Shown here one piece after another: positions 43,922 through 53,679 of a stretch of 64,000 nt of DNA (positions are counted from its first letter, which is position 1; every line of letters begins with the position of its first letter). The translations under genes and the position numbers were made by a program. The DNA lies in contig CAVYSE010000018.1 of the NCBI GenBank assembly GCA_963771075.1, positions 1 through 64,000 of the forward strand. The letters run 5' to 3'. The notes beneath the pieces were generated by a model, which saw nothing but the letters and a program-made list of their open reading frames with translations, was not told where the DNA came from and ran no database searches. Source of the DNA: a candidate division FCPU426 bacterium (GTDB lineage Bacteria > Oederibacteriota > Muellerivitia > Muellerivitales > Muellerivitaceae).

Positions 43922-44191
43922 TCCGACGATCCGCTTTTACTGGGACCGGTTCTGTACCTATAACTATCGGCATGGGACTGGTCTTTTTGTTAGAAATTCC
44001 CCATATCCCCTCATGAATTGATTGAAAAATTGACGAAAGATCGGCCAGGTGGGTTTGATCGAAAGGCCACCTGGTTTTGATCATTAAGGTTTCACGCGGC
44101 GAAGAACCTTGGCATGGATGATGCCTAATCATGTATTGGTTCTGAATTTTCGTAGTGGGTATCGGCCAACCAATATGAATCGGACGAAAGC

Positions 44192-44235
44192 CAAGCGATG
44201 GACAGGCGGTTTTTGGTCCGCTTGTCCATCGCTTG
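44192..44235. repeat. Long intergenic hairpin
   Basis: caagcgatggacaggcgg / ccgcttgtccatcgcttg, 18-bp stem with one G-U pair. Confidence 0.6.
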
Positions 44236-44923
44236 TATCAACCTGGTAGGAATACTTAGAATCTCTAACAAAACCCGATATTTACCACAGCGACACATAC
44301 CGACCATCCATGAGACATTTAATGGAGTCGGCATTGTCCCGATTTCTTTCGCCTTTTGGGCGAAAGGGGACAGAGTAAACCCGGACAATTGGTTTAAAAT
44401 TCCTTAAGTTTAGAAAGGTTTTTTCTGTGCCTCTGTGGCCGCCAAAGGCGGCCTGTGGTGAAATTAGGTTTTGTTATAGTCTCTTAGAAAGAAATTATAA
44501 AACAGCAACTTCTATATTATGACCACCTGCAACACCACGTTCACCACCACCATAGCCAGTACCCCTCAATCCAGCTTCGCGATTTATTCGCCAAGGGAAA
44601 AAACCATTTTCGTTACTTAAGTTTTACAATGATCTGGATTTATCTTGTGACTGGGCGGTTCTGTTGGGTCCGTGACTTTATTCAAATATTTGACAAATTA
44701 ATGGCATTCATCAGAGTGTCCCTTAAATTCTTTAGGAAAGAAAGTCACAAGTTTCACGGGAAAGCTGGCTTGGGTCTGCTTTATGCAAAATTTTCAATGA
44801 AATAAGTCCACCTTAATTGGAATAAATAAGAAACAAGAACCACTATAAATTAAGAAGACTTGGGATGAGATTTGATCTTGTTATTTTAAGGAAATACTTT
44901 TGAATCCATATGGTATCGATTCC

Positions 44924-47900
44924 ATGAAGCGTCACTTCTTCTTGAAGGTTTTGACTTTATCCTTTTTGGGCTTTGCGGCATTCTCCCCCCTCTTCGCGGG
45001 TGTGGTTTCTTTCGCCAATTGTTCCGTCTCCGAACCCAGTCCTTACTCACTCCAACAATCCATGGTCGCGCAAGGCACGGGATTAGATTACGTTATAAGT
45101 TCAGCCCCGTACCAAGCGCCCATCTCCATTGCCCTTCCGCCGGGATCAACACCTGTCACGGCGTTTCTTTATGTGGAATATAACAATTCCGGCGCCAATG
45201 TGGTTCCCAATACCACCGCGATCAACTTTAACGGTTCCTCCACGGGCACCGGTATTTCCACGGGGGCCGTCACTTATGTCGGATGGACCCAGACCTGGTA
45301 CAGCGTGAAATATCCCATCAACCCATCCCAGATCACGGGAGGCGGCACATTGGGAAGTGAGACCGCCTATCTCTTAAACGTGACCTCAGTCCCGGATTAT
45401 TGCCAGGGATATGCCTTGCTCGTGGTATACACCGACCCCGCGCAAAGCACCAACAACGTGGTGGCCCTGGCGGACGGTGAAAACGTCTGGCACTTGGAGG
45501 ATAACGGGCAAGTGGCCTACGGAGGACCTCCCCCTGACGCCCAATTGGATTGGTCCTGCCTGGGCTTGAGCTGTTCCGCCGCGAACATCCATTTTTCCTC
45601 CTTGGGTGGCGCCGCCCAATGTTTCCCGAACTCCAGCGCTTTTTCGGACCAGATCGAGACCTGGGGTTCCGGACCCGCCACCGCCTCTTCCAATTTTGGA
45701 TCCGCCAACGGCACGCCCCCTGTATGGAGCGGGCCCCTCGGGGCCTTGAATTGCTTGACCGGCTCCGGGCCTGACGAGATCGTCCGGGATTATTATCCCC
45801 CCTCCAGCGCCCTCCAGGGCGCTTCCCACCTGGAATGGGGCCTCCAATTCGCATCCAGCTCGGAAAAGAGCACCTTCTGGCAGCAGGCCATCGCGGTCCA
45901 GTACCAATGCAATCCCGTGTCCCAATGCGCGGTGACCACTAACTTCGCCAACGGTTCCATTTTTGCCCCCGCGCCGCCGGGGTGGGTGATCGGCCGGGCG
46001 CCTGCCCAAGAGGGCAATTGGTACCAAAGCGCGAGCGGGATTTTCTTCAACGGCGGAATTTACTCCGGCTGCCTGGCTGAAAACAACCAATTGCTCAATA
46101 CCCAGGCTGCTAGCGGCCCCGGGACCCTAACCGTCAATTATTCGCAAACCCAAACCTACGATCGGCCGAACATGGGCGGCGTCATGTGGGACGTGAATCC
46201 CGTCACAGGATCCGGATACGAAATTCAGTTCGACGGCGACAATTGCGCCAACAGCGACAGCGAACTGGTGTTCAATGTCTACGGGGCGGCAACCACCACC
46301 ACCGGGAACAAGATCTCCGCCCAAACGGTGAACCTTCCCGCCAACAGCGCTCTCTGCGCCTTGAGTCCCGCTAGCGTTTGGCTCCAGCTGATCATCACCA
46401 ACTCGAACAGTTTCATCGTCTCCATTGGCGCGGCCCAGGGGTCCTATAGTTATGGTGTGACCTTCACGGACTCCACCTATACCAGCGGTTTAATGGGGAT
46501 TAGCGATTACGGTTGCGTGAACGACGTTTTCAAATGGTTCCAATGGAACGGGATCTGCGGCGCGGCTTCCCCATCTTCAACGCCCACCGTCACCACGACC
46601 CCCAGCCCGACGACCCCCACCCCCACCCCGGGCAATATGGGCGCTTCCTTGACCATCCTGGACCCCCTTCTGTTGAGCCCAACCCAGCCGGTGACCCTGG
46701 TTCTCAATTATTGCCCCGACCCTTACAACAGCACTGAATTGGTGATGCAGGTCAACAATATGGCGACCGTTTCCAACCCATCCACCATCACCCAATGCTC
46801 GGTGTCGGTCGCGGGGAGCTACCTGTGGGTGGACAAGAACGGCACCCAGGAACAGGACCCCTCCTATGGGACCTCCGGTTCGGAAGAAGCCTATAACATG
46901 ACGGACAATGGGAAACCCTGCGGGCCCGTCACCTTTATTGAGATGATTCCCAACGCGACTTTTGGTTCCATCTACGATGTCGTGGCGGAGGGAGCTCCCA
47001 ACTATTACGCCTGCGGGACGTCGGCGAACCTTTACGCCTGGGCGCCGGTGACGATCGTTGCGTCCACCGCCGTGCCCACCACCACCCCAACCCTTACTCC
47101 TACGCTTACCCCCACTGTCATAGTAGTAATGGCCACCGCCACTTTTACACCCACTGTTACCGTGAGCGCCACGGCTACCAGCACGACCGGGTCTACCGGC
47201 TGTATCCCCGTTGCCGCCTCCATCTGCGCTTCCGGCGATGACTTTTCAACGATTTGGGTTGAGGGCGTCACCATCGGCAGTTTCCCCTACGCGGGTGTGC
47301 CTGGAACTAATGACCCGGGCAATCCCACATGTTTTAGTGTGCCGACCAATCTATTGACTAATTCGACGGTTTGCCTGGCGGTGGAGACCCAAAACACCGC
47401 CCCCGAGAACAATTATTCCGCCTGGGACCTGGACATCACCTGTTCGGGCGGGTCGCACTCGGAGATCACCAGCTCGGGTACCGGCATCTCGGTGGATTAT
47501 GTCCCGGTTGGCAATCCCGCCGCCCCGCCCGCCAACGATGGCAGCGGAAACCCCTGGTACAGCCCCAACTATTCGGGCGGCGCCTTCGCCTCCACCTATT
47601 GTTCCAGCGGCGTAACGGCCTCCACCTGGGCGGACCCTCTCTACAATCCCACCACGGGAACCGCACTGCCCTTCATCGCCAACAACTGCTCGGGGGATTA
47701 CTCGACCGCCAACTCGGCTGGCGCGCTCTTCTGGCGCCAATGCGTCTCGATCCCGGGTGCCACGACCCAGCTCGGGCCTTCCAACCTCACCGTAACCGCT
47801 GCCCAAACGGGTGCTGTGACCAACGCCGCTGGCACCGCGGTCACGATTCTCTATAACATCGTGGTTTGCAATAGCGGCGCCGCCATTACCAGTCAGCCGA

Positions 47901-49753
47901 CCACCCTGGCGCTCAACTTTTTGACGAACACTTCCAACTGCAACGCATTCCAATTCAATTGTTGGGGATATGGGGACGCCAACGTGCCTTATACCATGTG
48001 TTATTACAACTCGTCGAACGGTCTTGCAAATGAGCCCACAGCGACCAACAACATGATGGTGTTCCCCAACCTGGGGAATGGCTGTGTGACCGCGATCGCC
48101 CAGGCGGTGGATTATTGGGCACCCATCACCTGCTGCCAGACCCTGGTGAGCCAGGCGTCCGTGACTTGGGCCGGAGGAACGGCCGTCTCGAACTCGGTGA
48201 CCTTCAGCACAACCTGCCCTCCCACGCCCACCCTGACGGGCTCACCGGCGCCGACCTCCACCGCTACCCTCACGCCTACGGTAGAAGGCACGCCGACTTC
48301 CATCCCCATCACCACCCAAACGGCTACGGTCACTCCGACCTCCATCGCGACTTCCGTGTCGACCAGCGTGGTCATTGGGGCCAATTATTGTTCCGGCGCT
48401 TCCTATAACACCATCGCCACGACCTACGGCCCTCTTTCCCCGGGAACCGGCAATTGCGGCTTCCCCGGGGGTTCCTATGACCCGAATCTTTACGCCGCCA
48501 TCCATTACTCGGACTACGCGAACGGCTTGGCTTGCGGGGCCTGCGCGGCCGTGCAGGACGCCGCGAGCGGGGGATCGGTCACCGTCATGGTGGTGGATAA
48601 TTGCCCCAGTTGCTCGACCGCGCACCAATTGGACTTGGGGCCCGCGGCTTGGAACACCCTGACGAATAACGCGATGCCGGGCGTCGCCACGATTACCTGG
48701 AATTTCATGCCCTGCCCCTTGAGCCTCATGACGGGCGACACGAATGGGACGATCCAGTGGGAATGGAAATCGGGTTGTTCCATCGATTACGATCCGATCC
48801 AGTTCCTGGACATGGCGATTCCCGTGACCGGCGTGAGTTTCAGTAACAGCGTGACCGGAACCTATACGCCCCTGCAGCTCGGGTCGAGCGGTGTGGGAGG
48901 CGCCGAATATTGGGGAGCCCCCAGTGGGAATTTAAACTCCACCACCGGTCCCTTCTATTTCGACACGACCGACGCGCACGGCGACTCTGTTACCATCGGC
49001 CCAGTTACGGTCGGATATTGCGGGGTATTGAACTCCACTTCCTCCCAATTCCCGGGATGCCCGGCCACCGCCACGATGGCGCCCACCCATACGGCGACGC
49101 CGACCCTGACCTTCACCGCCTCCCCCACGCTCACCGCGACCGTTGGCCTGCCGACCACGACTCTCACTCCCGCTGGGACCGGCACTCTTACACCCGCCAC
49201 GGCCACGAACACAACGACCCCCACTTCTACACTTACGGTTCCGCCCGCCAATACCGCGACTGCGACCTATACCGCCACGCTTACCGCGACCGTTGCCCTG
49301 ACTTGGACGCCGACCGCCACACAGAACATACCGGTTACCCTCACCTGGACCCCCACCGGCACGATGACGGCGACAGCCTCGCCCACGAGTACAACCATTC
49401 ACCCACCCACCTTCACTTGGACCCCCTCGGCCACGCCGGGCACCCATACACCCATTCCTCCTCCCGGCCATGTCTGCAGTCCGCCCTATCCCAACCCCTG
49501 CGACGGCCACCATCCCATTTGCGTGGATATCGCCTGCCCGGGGACTTGTGACGTGACCTGCGACATCTACACGATCGCCTTCAAGCGTCTCTACACCTCC
49601 ACTTCCCGCGCCACCGGCAATTGCACGGTCAGCTGGAACCTGCTCGACAAGGCGGGGTCTGCCTGCGGGAATGGGCTTTACTACCTGCGCGTCACGGTCA
49701 AAGGCGCCCAGGGCATTTCCACACAGACGGTGAAGTGCCTGATTCTTCGCTAG
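44924..49753 (+). CDS. Large Cys-rich secreted multidomain protein with expansin module and FlgD-Ig/T9SS-like C-terminal domain
   Basis: Signal MKRHFF...; domains separated by TPT linkers; expansin D1 (GNCG...YAAI...ACGAC...V.V.VVDNCP.C...LDL) plus D2 at about 48415-49020; CTD YPNP...IYTIAF...WNL.D..G....NGLYY...KCLILR. Confidence 0.85.
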   Translation: MKRHFFLKVLTLSFLGFAAFSPLFAGVVSFANCSVSEPSPYSLQQSMVAQGTGLDYVISSAPYQAPISIALPPGSTPVTAFLYVEYNNSGANVVPNTTAINFNGSSTGTGISTGAVTYVGWTQTWYSVKYPINPSQITGGGTLGSETAYLLNVTSVPDYCQGYALLVVYTDPAQSTNNVVALADGENVWHLEDNGQVAYGGPPPDAQLDWSCLGLSCSAANIHFSSLGGAAQCFPNSSAFSDQIETWGSGPATASSNFGSANGTPPVWSGPLGALNCLTGSGPDEIVRDYYPPSSALQGASHLEWGLQFASSSEKSTFWQQAIAVQYQCNPVSQCAVTTNFANGSIFAPAPPGWVIGRAPAQEGNWYQSASGIFFNGGIYSGCLAENNQLLNTQAASGPGTLTVNYSQTQTYDRPNMGGVMWDVNPVTGSGYEIQFDGDNCANSDSELVFNVYGAATTTTGNKISAQTVNLPANSALCALSPASVWLQLIITNSNSFIVSIGAAQGSYSYGVTFTDSTYTSGLMGISDYGCVNDVFKWFQWNGICGAASPSSTPTVTTTPSPTTPTPTPGNMGASLTILDPLLLSPTQPVTLVLNYCPDPYNSTELVMQVNNMATVSNPSTITQCSVSVAGSYLWVDKNGTQEQDPSYGTSGSEEAYNMTDNGKPCGPVTFIEMIPNATFGSIYDVVAEGAPNYYACGTSANLYAWAPVTIVASTAVPTTTPTLTPTLTPTVIVVMATATFTPTVTVSATATSTTGSTGCIPVAASICASGDDFSTIWVEGVTIGSFPYAGVPGTNDPGNPTCFSVPTNLLTNSTVCLAVETQNTAPENNYSAWDLDITCSGGSHSEITSSGTGISVDYVPVGNPAAPPANDGSGNPWYSPNYSGGAFASTYCSSGVTASTWADPLYNPTTGTALPFIANNCSGDYSTANSAGALFWRQCVSIPGATTQLGPSNLTVTAAQTGAVTNAAGTAVTILYNIVVCNSGAAITSQPTTLALNFLTNTSNCNAFQFNCWGYGDANVPYTMCYYNSSNGLANEPTATNNMMVFPNLGNGCVTAIAQAVDYWAPITCCQTLVSQASVTWAGGTAVSNSVTFSTTCPPTPTLTGSPAPTSTATLTPTVEGTPTSIPITTQTATVTPTSIATSVSTSVVIGANYCSGASYNTIATTYGPLSPGTGNCGFPGGSYDPNLYAAIHYSDYANGLACGACAAVQDAASGGSVTVMVVDNCPSCSTAHQLDLGPAAWNTLTNNAMPGVATITWNFMPCPLSLMTGDTNGTIQWEWKSGCSIDYDPIQFLDMAIPVTGVSFSNSVTGTYTPLQLGSSGVGGAEYWGAPSGNLNSTTGPFYFDTTDAHGDSVTIGPVTVGYCGVLNSTSSQFPGCPATATMAPTHTATPTLTFTASPTLTATVGLPTTTLTPAGTGTLTPATATNTTTPTSTLTVPPANTATATYTATLTATVALTWTPTATQNIPVTLTWTPTGTMTATASPTSTTIHPPTFTWTPSATPGTHTPIPPPGHVCSPPYPNPCDGHHPICVDIACPGTCDVTCDIYTIAFKRLYTSTSRATGNCTVSWNLLDKAGSACGNGLYYLRVTVKGAQGISTQTVKCLILR

Positions 49754-49866
49754 AAATTATTCCGCCTTTCCAGGCTCTTTCCTTGCGCGCCCCCCTACGT
49801 TAAACTCACCTCGCCCCCGTTCCAAAGGGGATGGGGGGCGCATGATTAAAGGATTCCGATCCGTCC

Positions 49867-50520
49867 ATGGCCGACCCTCCCCTCAAAATCAACGAAATTT
49901 ATTTAAGCCTCCAAGGCGAGTCCACCTGGGCGGGCCTGCCCTGCGTGTTCGTGCGCTTGACCGGCTGCTCCCTGCGGTGCAAATGGTGCGACACGGCCTA
50001 CGCGTTCACCGAGGGGGATCCGGCCTCTCTTCCCGCCATCCTCGCGCGGGTGGCTTCCTTCGGCGTCAAACTGGTGGAGATCACGGGCGGGGAACCGCTG
50101 GAGCAGGTCGGGGTCTATGCCCTGATGGACCAACTTCTTCACCAGGGTTTTCAGGTATTGTTGGAAACCAGCGGGGCGGTGGACATGGGCAAGGTGCCCA
50201 AGGCCGTGGTCAAGATCATGGACGTCAAGTGCCCGGGCTCGGGCGAGGACCATGGGAACCTATGGAAGAACCTGGATTACCTCGTCAAGGGCCAGGACGA
50301 GATCAAGTTCGTGATCGCGGACCGGCAGGACTACGACTACGCCCGCGACATCCTTTTCTTGCATTCCCTGATCGGGCGCTGCACCCTCCTGTTCTCGCCG
50401 GTCCATGGAAAGCTGAAGCCTTCCCAATTGGCGGAATGGATATTGGCCGACCACCTGCCGGTTCGCATGCAGGTGCAGATGCACAAGGTCATCTGGCCGC
50501 ACGACAAAAGAGGAAGATAA
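49867..50520 (+). CDS. queE: 7-carboxy-7-deazaguanine synthase (radical SAM)
   Basis: EIY.SLQGE, VFVRLTGC.LRC.WCDT, ITGGEPL, Q.HK.IW; next to queC. Confidence 0.93.
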   Translation: MADPPLKINEIYLSLQGESTWAGLPCVFVRLTGCSLRCKWCDTAYAFTEGDPASLPAILARVASFGVKLVEITGGEPLEQVGVYALMDQLLHQGFQVLLETSGAVDMGKVPKAVVKIMDVKCPGSGEDHGNLWKNLDYLVKGQDEIKFVIADRQDYDYARDILFLHSLIGRCTLLFSPVHGKLKPSQLAEWILADHLPVRMQVQMHKVIWPHDKRGR

Positions 50521-50659
50521 CAGCAGTCCGCAGTCCGCGGCTCACAGCTCGCAGGTAAGACTTTAAAGTCGCCGCGTTGAAATCTCTGGCTTTAGCCGGG
50601 GAGGTGCGATTTTCATTGAAAGTCGATTTTTATGGATGGTCGGCATGGACTTCGTGGAG

Positions 50660-50945
50660 CCCCGGGCTTGCCCGGGGGGTACCTGCCTCGAACCCACAAG
50701 GTGAGAGGGAAGGTTTGGTGATCCCCATTGCTACTGCAATGGGGGGTACCTGCCTCGAACCCACAAGGTGAGAGGGAAGGTTTGGTGATCCCCATTGCTA
50801 CTGCAATGGGGGGTACCTGCCTCGAACCCACAAGGTGAGAGGGAAGGTTTGGTGATCCCCATTGCTACTGCAATGGGGGTACCTGCCTCGAACCCACAAG
50901 GTGAGAGGCAAGGTTTGGTGATCCCCATTGCAGTAGCAATGGGGG
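50660..50945. repeat. Tandem array of 4 x 67-bp hairpin-containing units
   Basis: Units start at 50674, 50741, 50808 and 50875. Each ends in ccccattgc-tact-gcaatgggg (last loop agta). Preceded by ccccgggc-tt-gcccgggg. Confidence 0.95.
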
Positions 50946-50974
50946 CCGAATTCCAGCTGATTGAGGAGTGTTAG

Positions 50975-51670
50975 ATGAAGAAAGCGGTTGTTCTCGTCTC
51001 CGGCGGGCTCGATTCGACCACCTGCCTGGCCATCGCGAGAAAGATGGGTTTTGACCTATACGCCCTCACGCTCTTTTACGGGCAAAGGCACCGGATTGAA
51101 ATTGAATCCGCGCGAAAGGTGGCCCGCGCGTTCAAGGTGAAACGCCACCTGGAATTGGCGGTGCCCTTGACCGCTTTCGGGGGTTCGGCCCTCACCGACC
51201 GTAAAATTCTCGTTCCCAAGAAGCGCAGCCTGAAGGCCATGGGCCACGGCATTCCCTCCACCTACGTGCCCGCCCGCAATACGGTGTTCCTCTCCCTGGC
51301 ACTGGCCTGGGCCGAAACCCTGGGAGCGGAGCACGTCTTCATCGGCGTGAACGCCCTGGATTACAGCGGTTACCCCGATTGCCGCCCCGAGTTCATCCGG
51401 TCTTTCGAAAAAATGGCGGGCCTCGCCACCAAGAAGGGAGTGGAAGGGAAATGGCGGTTAAAGATCCACACGCCTCTCATCCGGATGACCAAGTCCCAGA
51501 TCATCCAGAAGGGCCTGTCCCTCGGGGTCGATTTTGGGATGACCCACTCTTGCTATGACCCGCGCAAATCCAAAAAAGGGAAAATGACCCAATGTGGGAA
51601 ATGCGATTCCTGCCTCTTGCGGGCCAAGGGTTTCGCGGAATCGGGAATCATGGACCCGCTCCTGGAATAG
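50975..51670 (+). CDS. queC: 7-cyano-7-deazaguanine synthase
   Basis: [33 protein letters not shown]...CG.CDSC.LR. Confidence 0.97.
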   Translation: MKKAVVLVSGGLDSTTCLAIARKMGFDLYALTLFYGQRHRIEIESARKVARAFKVKRHLELAVPLTAFGGSALTDRKILVPKKRSLKAMGHGIPSTYVPARNTVFLSLALAWAETLGAEHVFIGVNALDYSGYPDCRPEFIRSFEKMAGLATKKGVEGKWRLKIHTPLIRMTKSQIIQKGLSLGVDFGMTHSCYDPRKSKKGKMTQCGKCDSCLLRAKGFAESGIMDPLLE

Positions 51671-51810
51671 TGGACGACATCAAGGGATTGGGAATGGGTT
51701 CCCAACTTGGGTCTACTGACCCAATGCGCAAAAAAGAGGGCGAATTTTTTTGATTTGTCTTATTGTTTCTGTTCCAAAATCCAGGTTTTGTCTTATGATA
51801 GAATCATCCA

Positions 51811-53055
51811 ATGCAAACGCTTACCCTGAAGACCAACATAATTTTCCTTCTCCTTTCAGGAATGCTCCTCGCACTTCCCGCGCTTGCCGCTGACTACAAA
51901 CCCAATCAATTCACACTGACAGTGGACGCGGTAGGACAGGAATTTTTCCATCCCAACAACCCTACGGGTTCCTACAGCAGTTACACCGGCGTTGGCGGGC
52001 AGATCTTCGCCGATTACCGGCCCTTCCAGGAAGTTTCCTTTGGCTTAGGCGCCGATTACGTCTCCTATTCCAGCCCTTCCTTTAACATTCAATCTTTCGA
52101 TCTCGGTGGCCGTATCTATCCCGCGGGTTACAGCTCCCTGGGAGAGTTTTATCTTCAAGGCGGAATGGGGTTGAACATCCTGCCCTTTGGTTTCGCTCCC
52201 TTGGGGGGGATCTGGGGCCATTACCACGGCAACGCGGGTTTGGGTTACCGCATGGCGTTGGTGGAAGGCATCGCTTTCGACATGGGGGCGCAATACGATT
52301 ATTACTCACCCTATTTAACCCCTTCCCATGGGGTCCGAATAAAAGCGGGTTTGACCTTCGGGTTCGGGCCGGAACCGGCTAAAACACTTTTGGTCGGTGC
52401 CGCAACCGGTGCTCCCGCCTATACACCCAATTGGAAACTGAACCCCCATGTCACCTGGGGGGAGAACGACACCTTGGGCGCCCTGGCCGAAAAGATGTAT
52501 GGGGACGCGGATCTTTACCCCCTCATCGTGGACGCCAACGCCACGCAATTCAGGTCGGGCAAGCCTTTCGAACCCGGCATGACCCTGGTGATCCCCGCGC
52601 CACCAGCGGATGTAAGGGCCCTGGATGCCATACGCAACCACGCCATCCAGGAAAGGGAATACGTGCACCTTGAAAATCTCTCCGAGGCTTCTTCGAACGG
52701 CTGGGGCGAGGGATGGACCGGGCCAACCCATTACACATGGAAGAAGGGGGATGACCTGCCCTCGGTGGCCGACGAGCTATATGGCGATGAGGACCTCTAC
52801 CCGCTCCTGGTGGACGCCAACATGGACCGCTTGGTGCTTCCCGTGAACCTTCAGCCCGGGGTGGTGTTGGTAGTGCCCAAACCCAAGGTGGATGAGATCG
52901 ACGAGATTCATATGGACGTTTGGTTCGATAAAGACCCTTACATCTGGTGGAAGAACGTGAGCGTTCGTACGGGCGCCAAGTACCATAAAAACGAGTCCTC
53001 CGAATCCGACACCGACAATTCCATGGACCTTCAATCGGGACAGGCAGACCAGTAA
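51811..53055 (+). CDS. Outer-membrane beta-barrel fused to two LysM-like domains
   Basis: Signal peptide; alternating beta strands ending IKAGLTFGFG; two GD.L..LA...YGD.DLYPL.VDAN...PG..LV.P modules. Confidence 0.8.
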   Translation: MQTLTLKTNIIFLLLSGMLLALPALAADYKPNQFTLTVDAVGQEFFHPNNPTGSYSSYTGVGGQIFADYRPFQEVSFGLGADYVSYSSPSFNIQSFDLGGRIYPAGYSSLGEFYLQGGMGLNILPFGFAPLGGIWGHYHGNAGLGYRMALVEGIAFDMGAQYDYYSPYLTPSHGVRIKAGLTFGFGPEPAKTLLVGAATGAPAYTPNWKLNPHVTWGENDTLGALAEKMYGDADLYPLIVDANATQFRSGKPFEPGMTLVIPAPPADVRALDAIRNHAIQEREYVHLENLSEASSNGWGEGWTGPTHYTWKKGDDLPSVADELYGDEDLYPLLVDANMDRLVLPVNLQPGVVLVVPKPKVDEIDEIHMDVWFDKDPYIWWKNVSVRTGAKYHKNESSESDTDNSMDLQSGQADQ

Positions 53056-53113
53056 CAGCGTCACAAGCCCCGGTTGGGCGCCATCGAACCCTCCGATCCT
53101 TTTAAAAAATACA

Positions 53114-53404
53114 TCCAAAACAAAGACACGAAGACACCCCATATGATTCACCGTGAATCATATGGGGTAATACCGCCATCATTAAACCAATCAAATGGAG
53201 GGGTGGCACACAAAGGACAGCAAAAGAAGAATAAGAACCTATAACAAAACCCCAAGGCAAAGACAATTTTCACCGCCACGATGCGTCCCCAAGGGGGACG
53301 CATCGTGGCGGTTAAACAGGTTTTGTTAGAGCTTCTAAATACCGAAAAAAATCTAAAACCAGGGGCCTTTTGCCTTTCTTCGTGGCTTAGTGGCTTCGTG
53401 TTGG
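53114..53404. repeat. Composite palindromic element with two nested perfect hairpins
   Basis: Outer arms match the element at 20152-20255. Inner IRs: accccatatgattca/tgaatcatatggggt (53136-53168) and accgccacgatgcgtcccc/ggggacgcatcgtggcggt (53272-53312). Confidence 0.75.
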
Positions 53405-53679
53405 CTGTGGGTTTGTCGGGCCTGAACTATTACTGAAATTGATCACGCCTGATAAATGACTTAATCAAGCAATCTCCGACAATTTTGTCGTCTTATCCCT
53501 AAATGGTTTTAAATTTAACGTTTTATCTTTAAAAATATCCTTTACCCATTTTTCCTTTGAAATAATTTGATAGTGAATGAGTGGCTTCCGATATAAAATC
53601 ACACCTCGCCCAGATATTTGTCAGGCCGATAATTCAAGTGCGCGTTTTATTTTATTAATTAAAACATGGAGTTTTCGTT

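Noticed and set aside
43869..44407. Short ORFs of 69-87 aa between the hydrolase and expansin genes
   Set aside because: They overlap hairpins, lack an RBS or motifs, and are probably non-coding.
49754..49866. preQ1 riboswitch upstream of queE or queC
   Set aside because: No recognisable preQ1 stem with an A-rich tail; only a generic GC hairpin at about 49812-49841.
50674..50945. CRISPR array
   Set aside because: The sequences between hairpins are identical rather than unique spacers, and no cas genes are present.
49867..51670. Dpd-type 7-deazaguanine DNA modification or defence island
   Set aside because: No dpdA/tgt-like or other dpd genes nearby; host-like codon usage fits ordinary queuosine synthesis.
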